From assembly GCA_038231455.1 (NCBI GenBank), contig JBBRLI010000006.1, forward strand, positions 32,001 through 96,000: a stretch of DNA of 64,000 bases, written 5' to 3'. Position numbers and translations under genes: made by a program. The notes under the pieces were generated by a model. That model had not been told where the DNA came from. It saw only the letters and a program-made list of their open reading frames with translations, and made no database searches. Shown piece after piece: positions 1 to 8,583 of this stretch. The stretch is from Vulcanimicrobiales bacterium. GTDB lineage: Bacteria; Vulcanimicrobiota; Vulcanimicrobiia; Vulcanimicrobiales; Vulcanimicrobiaceae. How positions within the stretch are numbered: position 1 is the first letter of the stretch; each line of letters opens with the position of its first letter.

Positions 1-283
1 CAAGACCGATCTGGACGACGCGCTCGACGGGGTCGGCGATCGCCGCCAGTGGCCGAAACGAGTTCACGAGCTGCTCGAACGCGTCTTGCATGAGTTCGAC
101 GGCGATTTCGTCGCGACCGGGGAAGTGCAGGTAGATGGTCGCCGGCGAGTATTCGATTGCGTCGGCGACCCGTCGCATCGTGAGCCCTTCGAGGCCGTCC
201 TCGAGCACGATCGCGCGGGCCGCCTCGAGAATCCGCTGACGGAGCTCGGCCTTCTGGCGTTCCTTGCGTTCGGTGATGCCCAT
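1..283 (-). CDS. TetR/AcrR family transcriptional regulator (runs off the left edge; absent from ORF track)
   Basis: Manual minus-strand translation from ATG 283: MGITERKERQKAELRQRILEAARAIVLEDGLEGLTMRRVADAIEYSPATIYLHF, a typical TetR HTH. Confidence 0.92.
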   Translation of the reverse strand, partial: MGITERKERQKAELRQRILEAARAIVLEDGLEGLTMRRVADAIEYSPATIYLHFPGRDEIAVELMQDAFEQLVNSFRPLAAIADPVERVVQIGL

Positions 284-290
284 GGGCGTC

Positions 291-319
291 ACGATACCGC
301 GCAAGAAGACAACTGTCAA
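291..319 (-). promoter_or_regulatory. Sigma70-type promoter of tetR, probably leaderless
   Basis: Minus strand TTGACA (319-314), 17-nt spacer, TATCGT (296-291), 7 nt before ATG 283; no SD. Confidence 0.7.
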
Positions 320-327
320 TATGTTTA

Positions 328-340
328 TGAACGGCGTTCA
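328..340. promoter_or_regulatory. Candidate TetR operator
   Basis: Inverted repeat TGAACG-G-CGTTCA in the divergent intergenic region. Confidence 0.4.
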
Positions 341-385
341 GTGAAAGCGCGAATCGCCCGAGCCCGAAGTCGGGTTTGCGTGGAT

Positions 386-1156
386 ATGAGTCTGGAACAC
401 AATCCGCTCCGAACCGCGTGGGCCGCCTGGCTACCGGGCGCCCTAACGCAGCTCGAAGCTGAGTCGTATAAAGAGGCCCTCGTCGGCTTTCCGCGGCCGG
501 ACCATCCGCCGTTGCCCTTCCTACAAGCGCCGTCGCCTGGGGAACGACGAATCGCCCTGATTACCTCGTCCGGCGCCTACGATACGCAAACCCAGGCGCC
601 GTTTGTCGCGCGCTCGGCAGTCGGCGATATCAGCCATCGGGTTTTCCCGACGTCGCTTCCGGACGAGCGCCTCGGATTCGCGCACGGACACTACGACGAC
701 GAACACGTCCTCGCCGATCGTGAAGTGCTGGTGCCGCGGCGGACCCTCGCAGCCGAAGGCGCGATCCTCACCGAGAATGTCATCTCGACGATGGGATACG
801 CCATCGATTTTCCATCGTTTCTCGAAGCGACGATTCCGCAACTCATCTTGCAAGCGAAAAACGACGGCGCGAATTGCGCGCTGCTGGTCCCCGTTTGACC
901 CATGTGTCACCAGACGGTCCGTCTGGTCGCCGACGCCTTCGAACAAGCGAACATCCCGACCGTTGTTGTCGGAACGATGCACGCGCCGCTCAAAGGATTA
1001 CCGCGCGTGCTCATCTCACGCTATGACCGCGGGCGCAATTTTGGGATGCCGAACGATACGAGCGAACATCACGCGCTCGTGCGCGAAGCGCTCTCGCTCT
1101 TCGATGTCACGGAGCCGACACTGATCGATCACAAGGAGCGCGCCGCGGCCCCGTAG
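386..1156 (+). CDS. Glycine/sarcosine/betaine/D-proline reductase selenoprotein B (GrdB/PrdB)-like protein, Sec at TGA 896-898
   Basis: ORFs 86-898 and 902-1156 are in frame, separated by TGA CCC. Joined sequence reads LLVPV-U-PMCHQTVRLVADAFEQANIPTV (UxxC). RIALITSSG and HGHYD motifs upstream; hairpin at 909-927. Confidence 0.85.
909..927 (+). promoter_or_regulatory. Putative bacterial SECIS hairpin
   Basis: Perfect 8-bp stem ACCAGACG-GTC-CGTCTGGT; loop begins with G, 18 nt after the TGA. Confidence 0.7.
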
Positions 1157-1175
1157 CCGCGACGCGCACGACCGC

Positions 1176-2054
1176 TTGCAACGACCCTCGCAAAATGCGG
1201 CGCTCGGCGCCGCCGCCGCGCTGTTCTACGTCTTCCTATGGGCCTCGGCGTACGTGCCGAGTAAAACCGGCGTCCTCAATTCATCGCCGCTGTGGTTTCT
1301 CGTCGTGCGCTTCGCCGTTTCCGGGGGCGTTTTTCTTGCCGTTGCCTTGGCGCTGGGCGGAAAGCTCCCGCGCTCCGGTCGTGACTGGATCGCGATCGTC
1401 GTGCTCGGCATCACGTCGAACGCGATCTACTTAGGCTGCACCTACGAGGCACTGCGTCACATGGCAGCCGGCATCGGAGCGATCGTTGCGAGTACGAATC
1501 CGCTGGTGCTGGCGTTTGTCGCGCCGTTTCTGTTGCGCGAACGTTTGACATGGATGAAGGTCGCGGGTCTCTTGATGGGATTCGGTGGCGTCGTTGCGAT
1601 CATGATCGTGCGTACCGGAACGGGGAGTGCCCAACCGCTCGATGTGTTGCTCGCGTTCGTCGGTGTCCTTGGGAGCGTGGCCGGAACGATCGTCTTCAAG
1701 AAATATTGTGGCGACTTCGATTTACGAATCGTGACGGCATTGCAGTTGCTCGTCGCGGGCGTTGCGCTGTTCCCGCTTGCCATTCTCACCGAAGGCGCAC
1801 CGCACATGATCTGGGGTCTGCCGATCGTCGAATCGTTCGTGTACGTCGTCGTCGTGATGTCGATCGGCGCATCGACGCTTTGGTTCTGGCTGCTCACGCA
1901 CGGTGAAGCCAGTCGCGTGAGCGCGTACTACTTCCTCACGCCGATTTTCGGTCTCTTTCTCGCGGCGATTCTCTTGCACGAACCGGTGACCGGGCGCGAC
2001 CTCTTCGGACTTGCGGGTATCGCGGTCGGAATCGCACTCGTGCAGCGCGGATGA
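1176..2054 (+). CDS. EamA/DMT family transporter
   Basis: About 10 hydrophobic segments in two repeats; LRERLT and LLHEPVT motifs. Confidence 0.9.
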   Translation: MQRPSQNAALGAAAALFYVFLWASAYVPSKTGVLNSSPLWFLVVRFAVSGGVFLAVALALGGKLPRSGRDWIAIVVLGITSNAIYLGCTYEALRHMAAGIGAIVASTNPLVLAFVAPFLLRERLTWMKVAGLLMGFGGVVAIMIVRTGTGSAQPLDVLLAFVGVLGSVAGTIVFKKYCGDFDLRIVTALQLLVAGVALFPLAILTEGAPHMIWGLPIVESFVYVVVVMSIGASTLWFWLLTHGEASRVSAYYFLTPIFGLFLAAILLHEPVTGRDLFGLAGIAVGIALVQRG

Positions 2055-3250
2055 CGATGCGCTGGCGGATGCTCGCGCTGATGACCGGCTCGCAAGTCGG
2101 CGGCGCGATCGTTCAACAGGGCCTCGGTTCGCTTGCGCCCGTTCTCCTCGTGACCTTCGCGCTCTCCAAAGCACAACTCGGCACGGTGTTCACCGCGCTC
2201 TCGATCGGTAGCGCACTCTTCACCACACTCGCGGGCGTCATCGTCGATCGCTACGGCGAACGCGTCGTCACGCTGTGGGGCGGCGTGCTGCTCGGCGCGA
2301 CGCTGCTTGCGGCATCGGCCGTCGCATCGTATCCGTGGCTCGTCGCGTGCATCTTTCTCTTCGGCATTTCGTACGCCGCGCAAACACCCGCCGGGGGACG
2401 TGCGGTGCTCGCGTGGTTCGATCGCGACCGTGGTCTTGCAATGTCGATTCGCCAAACCGGCGTGCCGCTCGGCGGTGCGATCGGCGGACTGATTCTGCCG
2501 TTTCTCGCGCTGCACTATAACTACCGCGTCGCACTTGCCGTCGGTGGCATCCTCGGCGCGGCCGCAGCGATCGTCGCCGCGCGCTACTACGTCGATCCGC
2601 CGCGGAAAGCGACAACCGTGCGCGGACTCGGTGATGTCCTGCGCGGCATGATGCGGCTGGTGCGCAGTCCGCGTACCATCCTCTTCACACTTGCGTGCAT
2701 GGTGCTCGTGAGCGGACAGACGATCATGAACGCGTTCTTCGCGATCACCGCCATCGCCGACGTGCACGTCAGTGCAGCGGTTGCGGCCGGCGCTTTTGCG
2801 TTCGCACAGATCTGCGCGGTCGCGGGCCGTGTCGTCTGGGGAAAACTGAGCGACACGCTGTACCGCGGCGATCGCGCGCTGCCGATCGCGACGATCGGCG
2901 CGATCCTTACCGTATGCGCCTGGACGATCGCGCACATCGCACCGGGCGCCGTGTTCGAACTCTTCATCGTCGGCGGATTACTCGGGTTTTCGGCATCGAG
3001 TTGGAACGGCGTCATGGCAACGGCGATGGCCGAGATCGGTGGCCCCGAGTACGCGGGCAGCGTGCTAGGCGTCGCCCTCACGTTTATCTTCGCGGCCGCG
3101 GGCGCCGCGCCGCTGATCTTCGGCTCGCTCGCCGACGCACATTCGCTACGCCTCGCGTGGATGGTCCTCGCGGCGGTCGCTGCGCTTGGAATCGTTCCCG
3201 CACTCGGTGCGGCGTTTCTCGCGCGACGCGAAGCAACGTTTGCACGCTAG
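2051..3250 (+). CDS. MFS transporter
   Basis: About 12 TM segments; motif A-like GVIVDRYGER and GKLSDTL; ATGA overlap with upstream gene. Confidence 0.9.
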   Translation: MTMRWRMLALMTGSQVGGAIVQQGLGSLAPVLLVTFALSKAQLGTVFTALSIGSALFTTLAGVIVDRYGERVVTLWGGVLLGATLLAASAVASYPWLVACIFLFGISYAAQTPAGGRAVLAWFDRDRGLAMSIRQTGVPLGGAIGGLILPFLALHYNYRVALAVGGILGAAAAIVAARYYVDPPRKATTVRGLGDVLRGMMRLVRSPRTILFTLACMVLVSGQTIMNAFFAITAIADVHVSAAVAAGAFAFAQICAVAGRVVWGKLSDTLYRGDRALPIATIGAILTVCAWTIAHIAPGAVFELFIVGGLLGFSASSWNGVMATAMAEIGGPEYAGSVLGVALTFIFAAAGAAPLIFGSLADAHSLRLAWMVLAAVAALGIVPALGAAFLARREATFAR

Positions 3251-3294
3251 CAAACAGGCCGCGCGCAGCGAAACGCCTAATCGGAGCCAGCCGT

Positions 3295-3381
3295 GCCCAG
3301 GTGGCGGAATTGGTAGACGCGCTAGTTTCAGGTATTAGTAGCCGCAAGGCTGTGGGGGTTCGAGTCCCTTCCTGGGCACCA
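3295..3381 (+). tRNA. tRNA-Leu (anticodon CAG)
   Basis: GCCCAGG/CCTGGGC acceptor stem, anticodon arm CTAGT-TTCAGGT-ATTAG, long variable arm, GGTTCGAGT T-loop, encoded CCA. Confidence 0.97.
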
Positions 3382-3388
3382 AAAAATG

Positions 3389-3413
3389 AAAGACGCGAAA
3401 CGCGTCTTTTTTT
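3389..3413 (+). terminator. Intrinsic terminator after tRNA-Leu
   Basis: AAAGACGCG-AAA-CGCGTCTTT followed by a T-run. Confidence 0.85.
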
Positions 3414-3592
3414 CTTGCTTGATGAGGTGAGAATACGTACAAGCGATCACTCTTCGGCTGGCTGGCCGCTGGTCGTCTCGGGCCCCAAGACGCTGCTCGA
3501 AGCCGGCCGCCTGTTCAAACGCCGGGTCGCTGATGGACGCCCGGTGATTTCCGCCACGGCGCGGCCACCCACTTGAACGCTACGATCGTGGC

Positions 3593-3853
3593 ATGCAACA
3601 GCTTTACGCCGATGGCTCGATCGCCTTTTCCGCCGATTCCTGGACTCATGAGGCCCGGACGGCGTGTTATTCGGTCGCCGATCTCCACGCCCGGACTGGC
3701 TGTTTGCTTCGCGTCGAGATGGCCGACGGCGATGTCTTTACCGGTATTTTCCGCACGGAGATCCTCAGCGCGCGATCGCTGAGCGTTTATATTGCGGGAC
3801 CGCGCAGCGCAACGCTCACGATCGATGAGATCGTCTCGATCGACTCGCTCTGA
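3593..3853 (+). CDS. Small hypothetical protein (86 aa)
   Basis: Protein-like composition; TACGAT -10 box 6 nt before the ATG; hairpins downstream. Confidence 0.6.
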   Translation: MQQLYADGSIAFSADSWTHEARTACYSVADLHARTGCLLRVEMADGDVFTGIFRTEILSARSLSVYIAGPRSATLTIDEIVSIDSL

Positions 3854-3917
3854 GGTAGAACGGGCCTTGCGGCCCGCTTCTGTGGTGAAAGACGGGACCC
3901 AAGCGGGGCCCGTTTCT

Positions 3918-4325
3918 TTATTTAACCGTGACCGTCGCGCGCATGAATGCGTGGTAGGCGCAGAAGTACGGGTACACTCCGGCCTTTGCGTAGGTCTTGC
4001 TCCAGGTCTGGCCCTTGGCCATGTAGCCTGAATCGTAGCTCTTGTCATCCGCCGTCACCGTGTGCGCCGACTCGTCGTCGTTGATGAACTGGATCGTGTC
4101 GCCGACCTTGACGACGGCGTCCTTGGGCGAATAGGCGAAGTCTTTCATATGGACGACGAGCGCTGGGGTCGGCTGCGGCGAGGGGCTCGCGGCCGGTGAG
4201 GCCGGCGCCGAGGGCATGCTCACCTGGGGCATGCTGGGGCTGGGGCCTGGTGCGGGCTGGGCGAGCGCGACCGAGGTCGTCAGGGCGAGGACTATCCAAA
4301 GCGGAGCGATCAAGCGAAATCCCAT
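3918..4325 (-). CDS. Secreted cupredoxin (plastocyanin/amicyanin-like)
   Basis: Signal peptide, Pro-rich linker, type-1 Cu ligands HTVT...FCAYHAFM; start could be 4346. Confidence 0.9.
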   Translation of the reverse strand: MGFRLIAPLWIVLALTTSVALAQPAPGPSPSMPQVSMPSAPASPAASPSPQPTPALVVHMKDFAYSPKDAVVKVGDTIQFINDDESAHTVTADDKSYDSGYMAKGQTWSKTYAKAGVYPYFCAYHAFMRATVTVK

Positions 4326-4493
4326 CGTAGTCTTGTGAACGAACAAATCGCTAACGGCATTTCATCTTGGCCGGATGCCGGTTAAGCGCCCCTTTGGACG
4401 CCGCGTGCGGTACGACAATCGTCGCGCAGGCCGAAAACATGGTTGACCGAAGCCTGTTGTGTTGAATGTGTCGCGTCGTGGAGTGGTGGTTTC

Positions 4494-7400
4494 GTGCTCG
4501 AATCGTTGGTGAAAGTTGCTCTTCCGGAACTCGGGGAGTCCGTCACCGAAGGCTCAATCGTCGAGTGGCGCAAGAAAGTCGGCCAGTGGGTCGCTGAAGG
4601 CGATACGATCGTCGATGTGACGACCGACAAAGTCGATGTCGAAGTGCCCGCGACGGTATCCGGTGTGATCACCGCGCTGTACGGCGGCGAAGGCGATACG
4701 GTTGCCGTCGGCGCGACGCTTGCCGAGATCGACACATCCGCGGCAAAACCGGAAGGCGGCCCCGAAGCCGCATCATCATCCGCTGCTGCGGCGCCTGCCG
4801 CAACAGGGACGAAGGCCCCCGCCGACGTCGTCACGCCATCATCGTATGGCGCGGCCGGCAGTGCCGCCACGCCGCCGACGATGACAAACGGCAACGGCAA
4901 AACCGGTGGCACCGCCTCCGCGCACGCGCGCCGTCTTGCCGAACGGTATCACGTCGACATCGCAAGCATTCGCGGAACCGGTCCCGATGGGTTGATCGTG
5001 CGCGAAGATGTCGAACACGCGATCGCGTCGGGTTCGGCCAAGCCTGCCTCAAACGGTGCGAGCGCTCCGGCGATCAACTTCCCCGCGCCGTCCGCGCAAG
5101 CAACGATCACGACGCTCAAAGGCCCGCAGGCCGTGCTTGCGACGTACATGGATCAGTCGCTCTCGATTCCCACCGCGACGTCGTTCCGGACGCTCTCGGT
5201 TGGTGCGCTCGAAGCGCGACGTGCCGAGCTCAACGGCGCGCTCAAAGCCGCCGGCAAATCGGACAAGATTTCGTTCACGCATCTCATTGCCTACGCACTC
5301 GTCGTCGCAGCAAACGAAGCACCCGCGATCACCGCGAGTTTCCGCCGCGACGGCGCGACCGTGCAGAAGATCGAAGCCGGCGTGCATCTTGGCATCGCCG
5401 TCGACATGACGCGTAAAGATGGTTCGCGATCGCTGGTCGTGCCCGTAATCAAAGGCGCAGCGTCGATGGATTTCGTCGCGTTCCGCGCGGCGTACGAAGC
5501 GCTGATTGTGAAAGCCCGCGATGGCAAACTGACCGCCGACGAACTTTCCGGCGCAACGTTCACGCTAACGAATCCCGGCGGCATCGGAACCATCGCCTCC
5601 GTGCCGCGTTTGATGGTCGGCCAAGGCGCGATCATCGCCGCTGGCGCGATCGCGTATCCGCCCGGCTTCGCGCACGCGCCCGATTCGACGTTAAAACAGC
5701 TCGGCATCGAAAAAGTCATGACCATGACCTCGACCTACGATCATCGCGTGATCCAAGGTGCGCAGTCGGGTGAATTCCTCAAACGCGTCGATGAGTTGCT
5801 CGCAGGCGCAAGTGAATTTTACGAAGGCGTCTTCCGCGCGTACGGTCTTGCCTCACCCCGTGTGATGGCGACCGCCGTAACGACGAACGCGCGTCCGACG
5901 AGTTCGGCGAATGCAGCGGCTCCGGCTGCCGCCGGAACGGCCGCATCCTCGCAAACGGCGGGCGCAACCTCGGAAGAGATGCTGCGCGCGATCGCCGCCG
6001 GGATGGCGATGGTCTCATCGTATCGCCGTCACGGCCACCTTGCCGCGACGCTCGATCCGCTTGGGAAAGAACCCGTCGGCGACCCATCGCTCGATCCACG
6101 CAATTACAGCCTCACGCCCGCGCTGATGAGTGCGATCCCCGCATCGGTGCTGCGCGTCAAAGTGCCCGGCGGCACGATGGCCGACGTCTTGCCGGCACTC
6201 CGCGAAACGTACAGCGGCACGATCGCCTACGAAGTCGAGCACATCTCCAATACGCAGCAGCGTGAATGGCTGCGCGAATATATCGAGAGCGGCATGCATC
6301 GTACGCCGCTCACCGCGCAGCGCAAAGTGCAAGTCCTCCAGCGTCTCACCAAAGTCGAGACGATGGAACGGTATTTCCGTAAACAGTTCATGTCGCAGAA
6401 GACGTTCTCGATCGAAGGCCTCGACGTGATGGTTCCGATGATCGAAGAGATGATTTCAATGCTTGCCGAAGACGGCACCAAAACGGCCGTTCTCGGCATG
6501 GCACATCGCGGACGCCTCTCGACGATCGCGCACGTCGTCAACCGGCCGTACGAAGAACTACTCGCCGAATTTGAGGCGGGCTCGATGAAGACGGCGCTTA
6601 GCGACGGCGATGAATCCGACGACGCAACCGGCGATGTGAAATACCATCACGGCGCCGATGGAATCTATGCAACGTCGATGGGCACGCAGATCGCGGTTAA
6701 ACTCGCGAACAACCCGAGTCACCTCGAGGCCGTCGACGGTGTCGTCGAAGGCATCACGCGTTCGCTGCAAACCGATCACGCGCAAAACATCGCGCGCATG
6801 GACTTCACGGCAGCAGCCCCCATCCTCATCCACGGCGACTCGGCCTTCCCGGGTCAAGGCGTGGTAAGCGAAGTCCTCAACCTGCAGGCCCTCGTCGGCT
6901 ATGCGACCGGCGGCACGATCCATATCATTTCGAACAATCAAGTCGGTTTCACGACCGATCCGAACGAGAGCCGCTCGACGCGTTATGCATCGGATCTTGC
7001 CAAAGGTTTCGACGTGCCGATCGTGCACGTCAACGCCGATGACGTCGATGCGTGCATCGCCGCGGTGCATTTCGCCATCGACTATCGCCGTAAATTCGGC
7101 CGCGATACCGTGATCGATCTGATCGGCTATCGCCGCTTCGGTCACAACGAACAAGACGAGCCGATGTACACTCAGCCGGGGATGTACGAGACGATCAAGG
7201 CGCATCCGACGGTGCGCGAACTTTTTGCCGCGAATCTCGTCGCGCAAGGCGTGCTCAGTGCCGATCAAGTGAGCGAACTGCAAGATGACGCGCAGGCGCG
7301 TATCGCCGAGGCGCACGCAAACGTCAAGAACGGCAACATCGCCAAGCTCATCGGCGCGGATAAAGTCAAGATCCACATCGATGAAAAGCCGGCTTCGACC

Positions 7401-8567
7401 GGTATCGAGAAGCGGAAATTGCTGGCGTGGGCAGACGCCCTCGTCGCAACGCCCGAGGGATTTACGCCGAACAAGAAACTCGTCTCGCAATTCGACAAGC
7501 GCAAAAAAGCGTTGCAAGCCGAAGGCGAAGTCGACTGGGGCCTAGCCGAGGGCCTGGCGTTCGCATCGCTGATCGATGAGGGGACGCCCGTGCGTCTCAC
7601 CGGTCAAGACTCCGAGCGCGGGACGTTTAGCCACCGTCACGCGGTGCTTCACGATGCCCTTACCGGCGAGAAGTACGCGCCGCTCCAGCATCTGCCCGGC
7701 GCTAAAGCGTCGTTTGAAATTCATAACAGCCCGCTCTCCGAGTACGCGTGTCTTGGCTTTGAGTACGGCTACTCGACCGGGTTGCCCGAGGCGATGGTGC
7801 TGTGGGAAGCGCAATTCGGTGACTTCAATAATGGCGCCCAGATCATCATCGATCAGTTTATCGCATCGGGTGCGGCGAAGTGGGGTCAAACCACGCGTTT
7901 GACGCTGCTCTTGCCGCACGGCTACGAGGGTGCAGGTCCCGAACATTCGAGCGCGCGTTTGGAACGCTTCCTGCAACTCTCGGCCGAAGGCAATATTCGG
8001 ATCGCGAACTGCACGACGGCGGCCCAGTATTTCCACTTGCTGCGCCAGCAGGCGCGCGCGAAGGCGGCCTATCCGCTCGTCGTGCTCACGCCCAAGAGTC
8101 TCTTGCGTAACCGCGCTGCCTACGGAAAGATCGACGATCTTGCATCCGGTTCGTTCCGGGAAACGATCGACGATGCGAAGTTCGCAAGCGATAAAGGGGC
8201 CGTCACGCGCATCTTACTTTGCAGCGGGAAAATCTATCACGATTTGATCGCATCGCCGCTCTACGCGCAAACGAAGTCGACCGCGATCGTGCGCGTTGAA
8301 TTGCTCTCGCCGCTGCCGAAGGTCGCGATCCTCGAGACCATCGCGTCCTACCCCAATGCCAAACACGTCATTTGGGTTCAGGAAGAGCCCAAGAACATGG
8401 GCGCTCGCGCGCACGTGCGCCGTCGTTTAGTCGAAGAACTCGCGCCCCAGGTTGCGGATGTCGAGTACGTCGGTCGGCCCTACCGCGCGTCTCCCTCGGA
8501 AGGCTATCCGGGCGCGCACGCCGTCGAGCAAGAGCGGATCATCCGCACGGCGCTGACCGAAAATTAG
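4494..8567 (+). CDS. kgd: Multifunctional 2-oxoglutarate dehydrogenase (lipoyl + E3-binding + E2 catalytic + E1), Kgd/SucA-like
   Basis: Lipoyl TDKVDVEVPA; E3-binding ARRLAERYHVDIASIRGTGPDGLI; E2 TYDHRVIQGA; E1 GMAHRGRL, GDVKYHHG, HGDSAF, WEAQFGDF, GPEHSSARLERFLQ; start approximate. Confidence 0.93.
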   Translation: MLESLVKVALPELGESVTEGSIVEWRKKVGQWVAEGDTIVDVTTDKVDVEVPATVSGVITALYGGEGDTVAVGATLAEIDTSAAKPEGGPEAASSSAAAAPAATGTKAPADVVTPSSYGAAGSAATPPTMTNGNGKTGGTASAHARRLAERYHVDIASIRGTGPDGLIVREDVEHAIASGSAKPASNGASAPAINFPAPSAQATITTLKGPQAVLATYMDQSLSIPTATSFRTLSVGALEARRAELNGALKAAGKSDKISFTHLIAYALVVAANEAPAITASFRRDGATVQKIEAGVHLGIAVDMTRKDGSRSLVVPVIKGAASMDFVAFRAAYEALIVKARDGKLTADELSGATFTLTNPGGIGTIASVPRLMVGQGAIIAAGAIAYPPGFAHAPDSTLKQLGIEKVMTMTSTYDHRVIQGAQSGEFLKRVDELLAGASEFYEGVFRAYGLASPRVMATAVTTNARPTSSANAAAPAAAGTAASSQTAGATSEEMLRAIAAGMAMVSSYRRHGHLAATLDPLGKEPVGDPSLDPRNYSLTPALMSAIPASVLRVKVPGGTMADVLPALRETYSGTIAYEVEHISNTQQREWLREYIESGMHRTPLTAQRKVQVLQRLTKVETMERYFRKQFMSQKTFSIEGLDVMVPMIEEMISMLAEDGTKTAVLGMAHRGRLSTIAHVVNRPYEELLAEFEAGSMKTALSDGDESDDATGDVKYHHGADGIYATSMGTQIAVKLANNPSHLEAVDGVVEGITRSLQTDHAQNIARMDFTAAAPILIHGDSAFPGQGVVSEVLNLQALVGYATGGTIHIISNNQVGFTTDPNESRSTRYASDLAKGFDVPIVHVNADDVDACIAAVHFAIDYRRKFGRDTVIDLIGYRRFGHNEQDEPMYTQPGMYETIKAHPTVRELFAANLVAQGVLSADQVSELQDDAQARIAEAHANVKNGNIAKLIGADKVKIHIDEKPASTGIEKRKLLAWADALVATPEGFTPNKKLVSQFDKRKKALQAEGEVDWGLAEGLAFASLIDEGTPVRLTGQDSERGTFSHRHAVLHDALTGEKYAPLQHLPGAKASFEIHNSPLSEYACLGFEYGYSTGLPEAMVLWEAQFGDFNNGAQIIIDQFIASGAAKWGQTTRLTLLLPHGYEGAGPEHSSARLERFLQLSAEGNIRIANCTTAAQYFHLLRQQARAKAAYPLVVLTPKSLLRNRAAYGKIDDLASGSFRETIDDAKFASDKGAVTRILLCSGKIYHDLIASPLYAQTKSTAIVRVELLSPLPKVAILETIASYPNAKHVIWVQEEPKNMGARAHVRRRLVEELAPQVADVEYVGRPYRASPSEGYPGAHAVEQERIIRTALTEN

Positions 8568-8583
8568 CTTTTCTTTGTAAATT

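Noticed and set aside
86-385. N-terminal 100 aa of ORF 86-898
   Set aside because: Antisense shadow of tetR plus intergenic DNA; the protein-like sequence starts at ATG 386.
3295-3600. tRNA-Leu as an island integration site
   Set aside because: No integrase and no duplicated tRNA 3' end noticed in the window.
3851-3880. TGA plus hairpin after the 86-aa ORF as a third Sec site
   Set aside because: No redox motif context; the read-through peptide is short and unconvincing; the hairpin fits termination.
6558-7517. Long antisense and alternate-frame ORFs (also 13441-14625, 37332-38360, 49943-51166)
   Set aside because: Shadows of well-supported genes, expected in GC-rich DNA; Arg-rich and without motifs.
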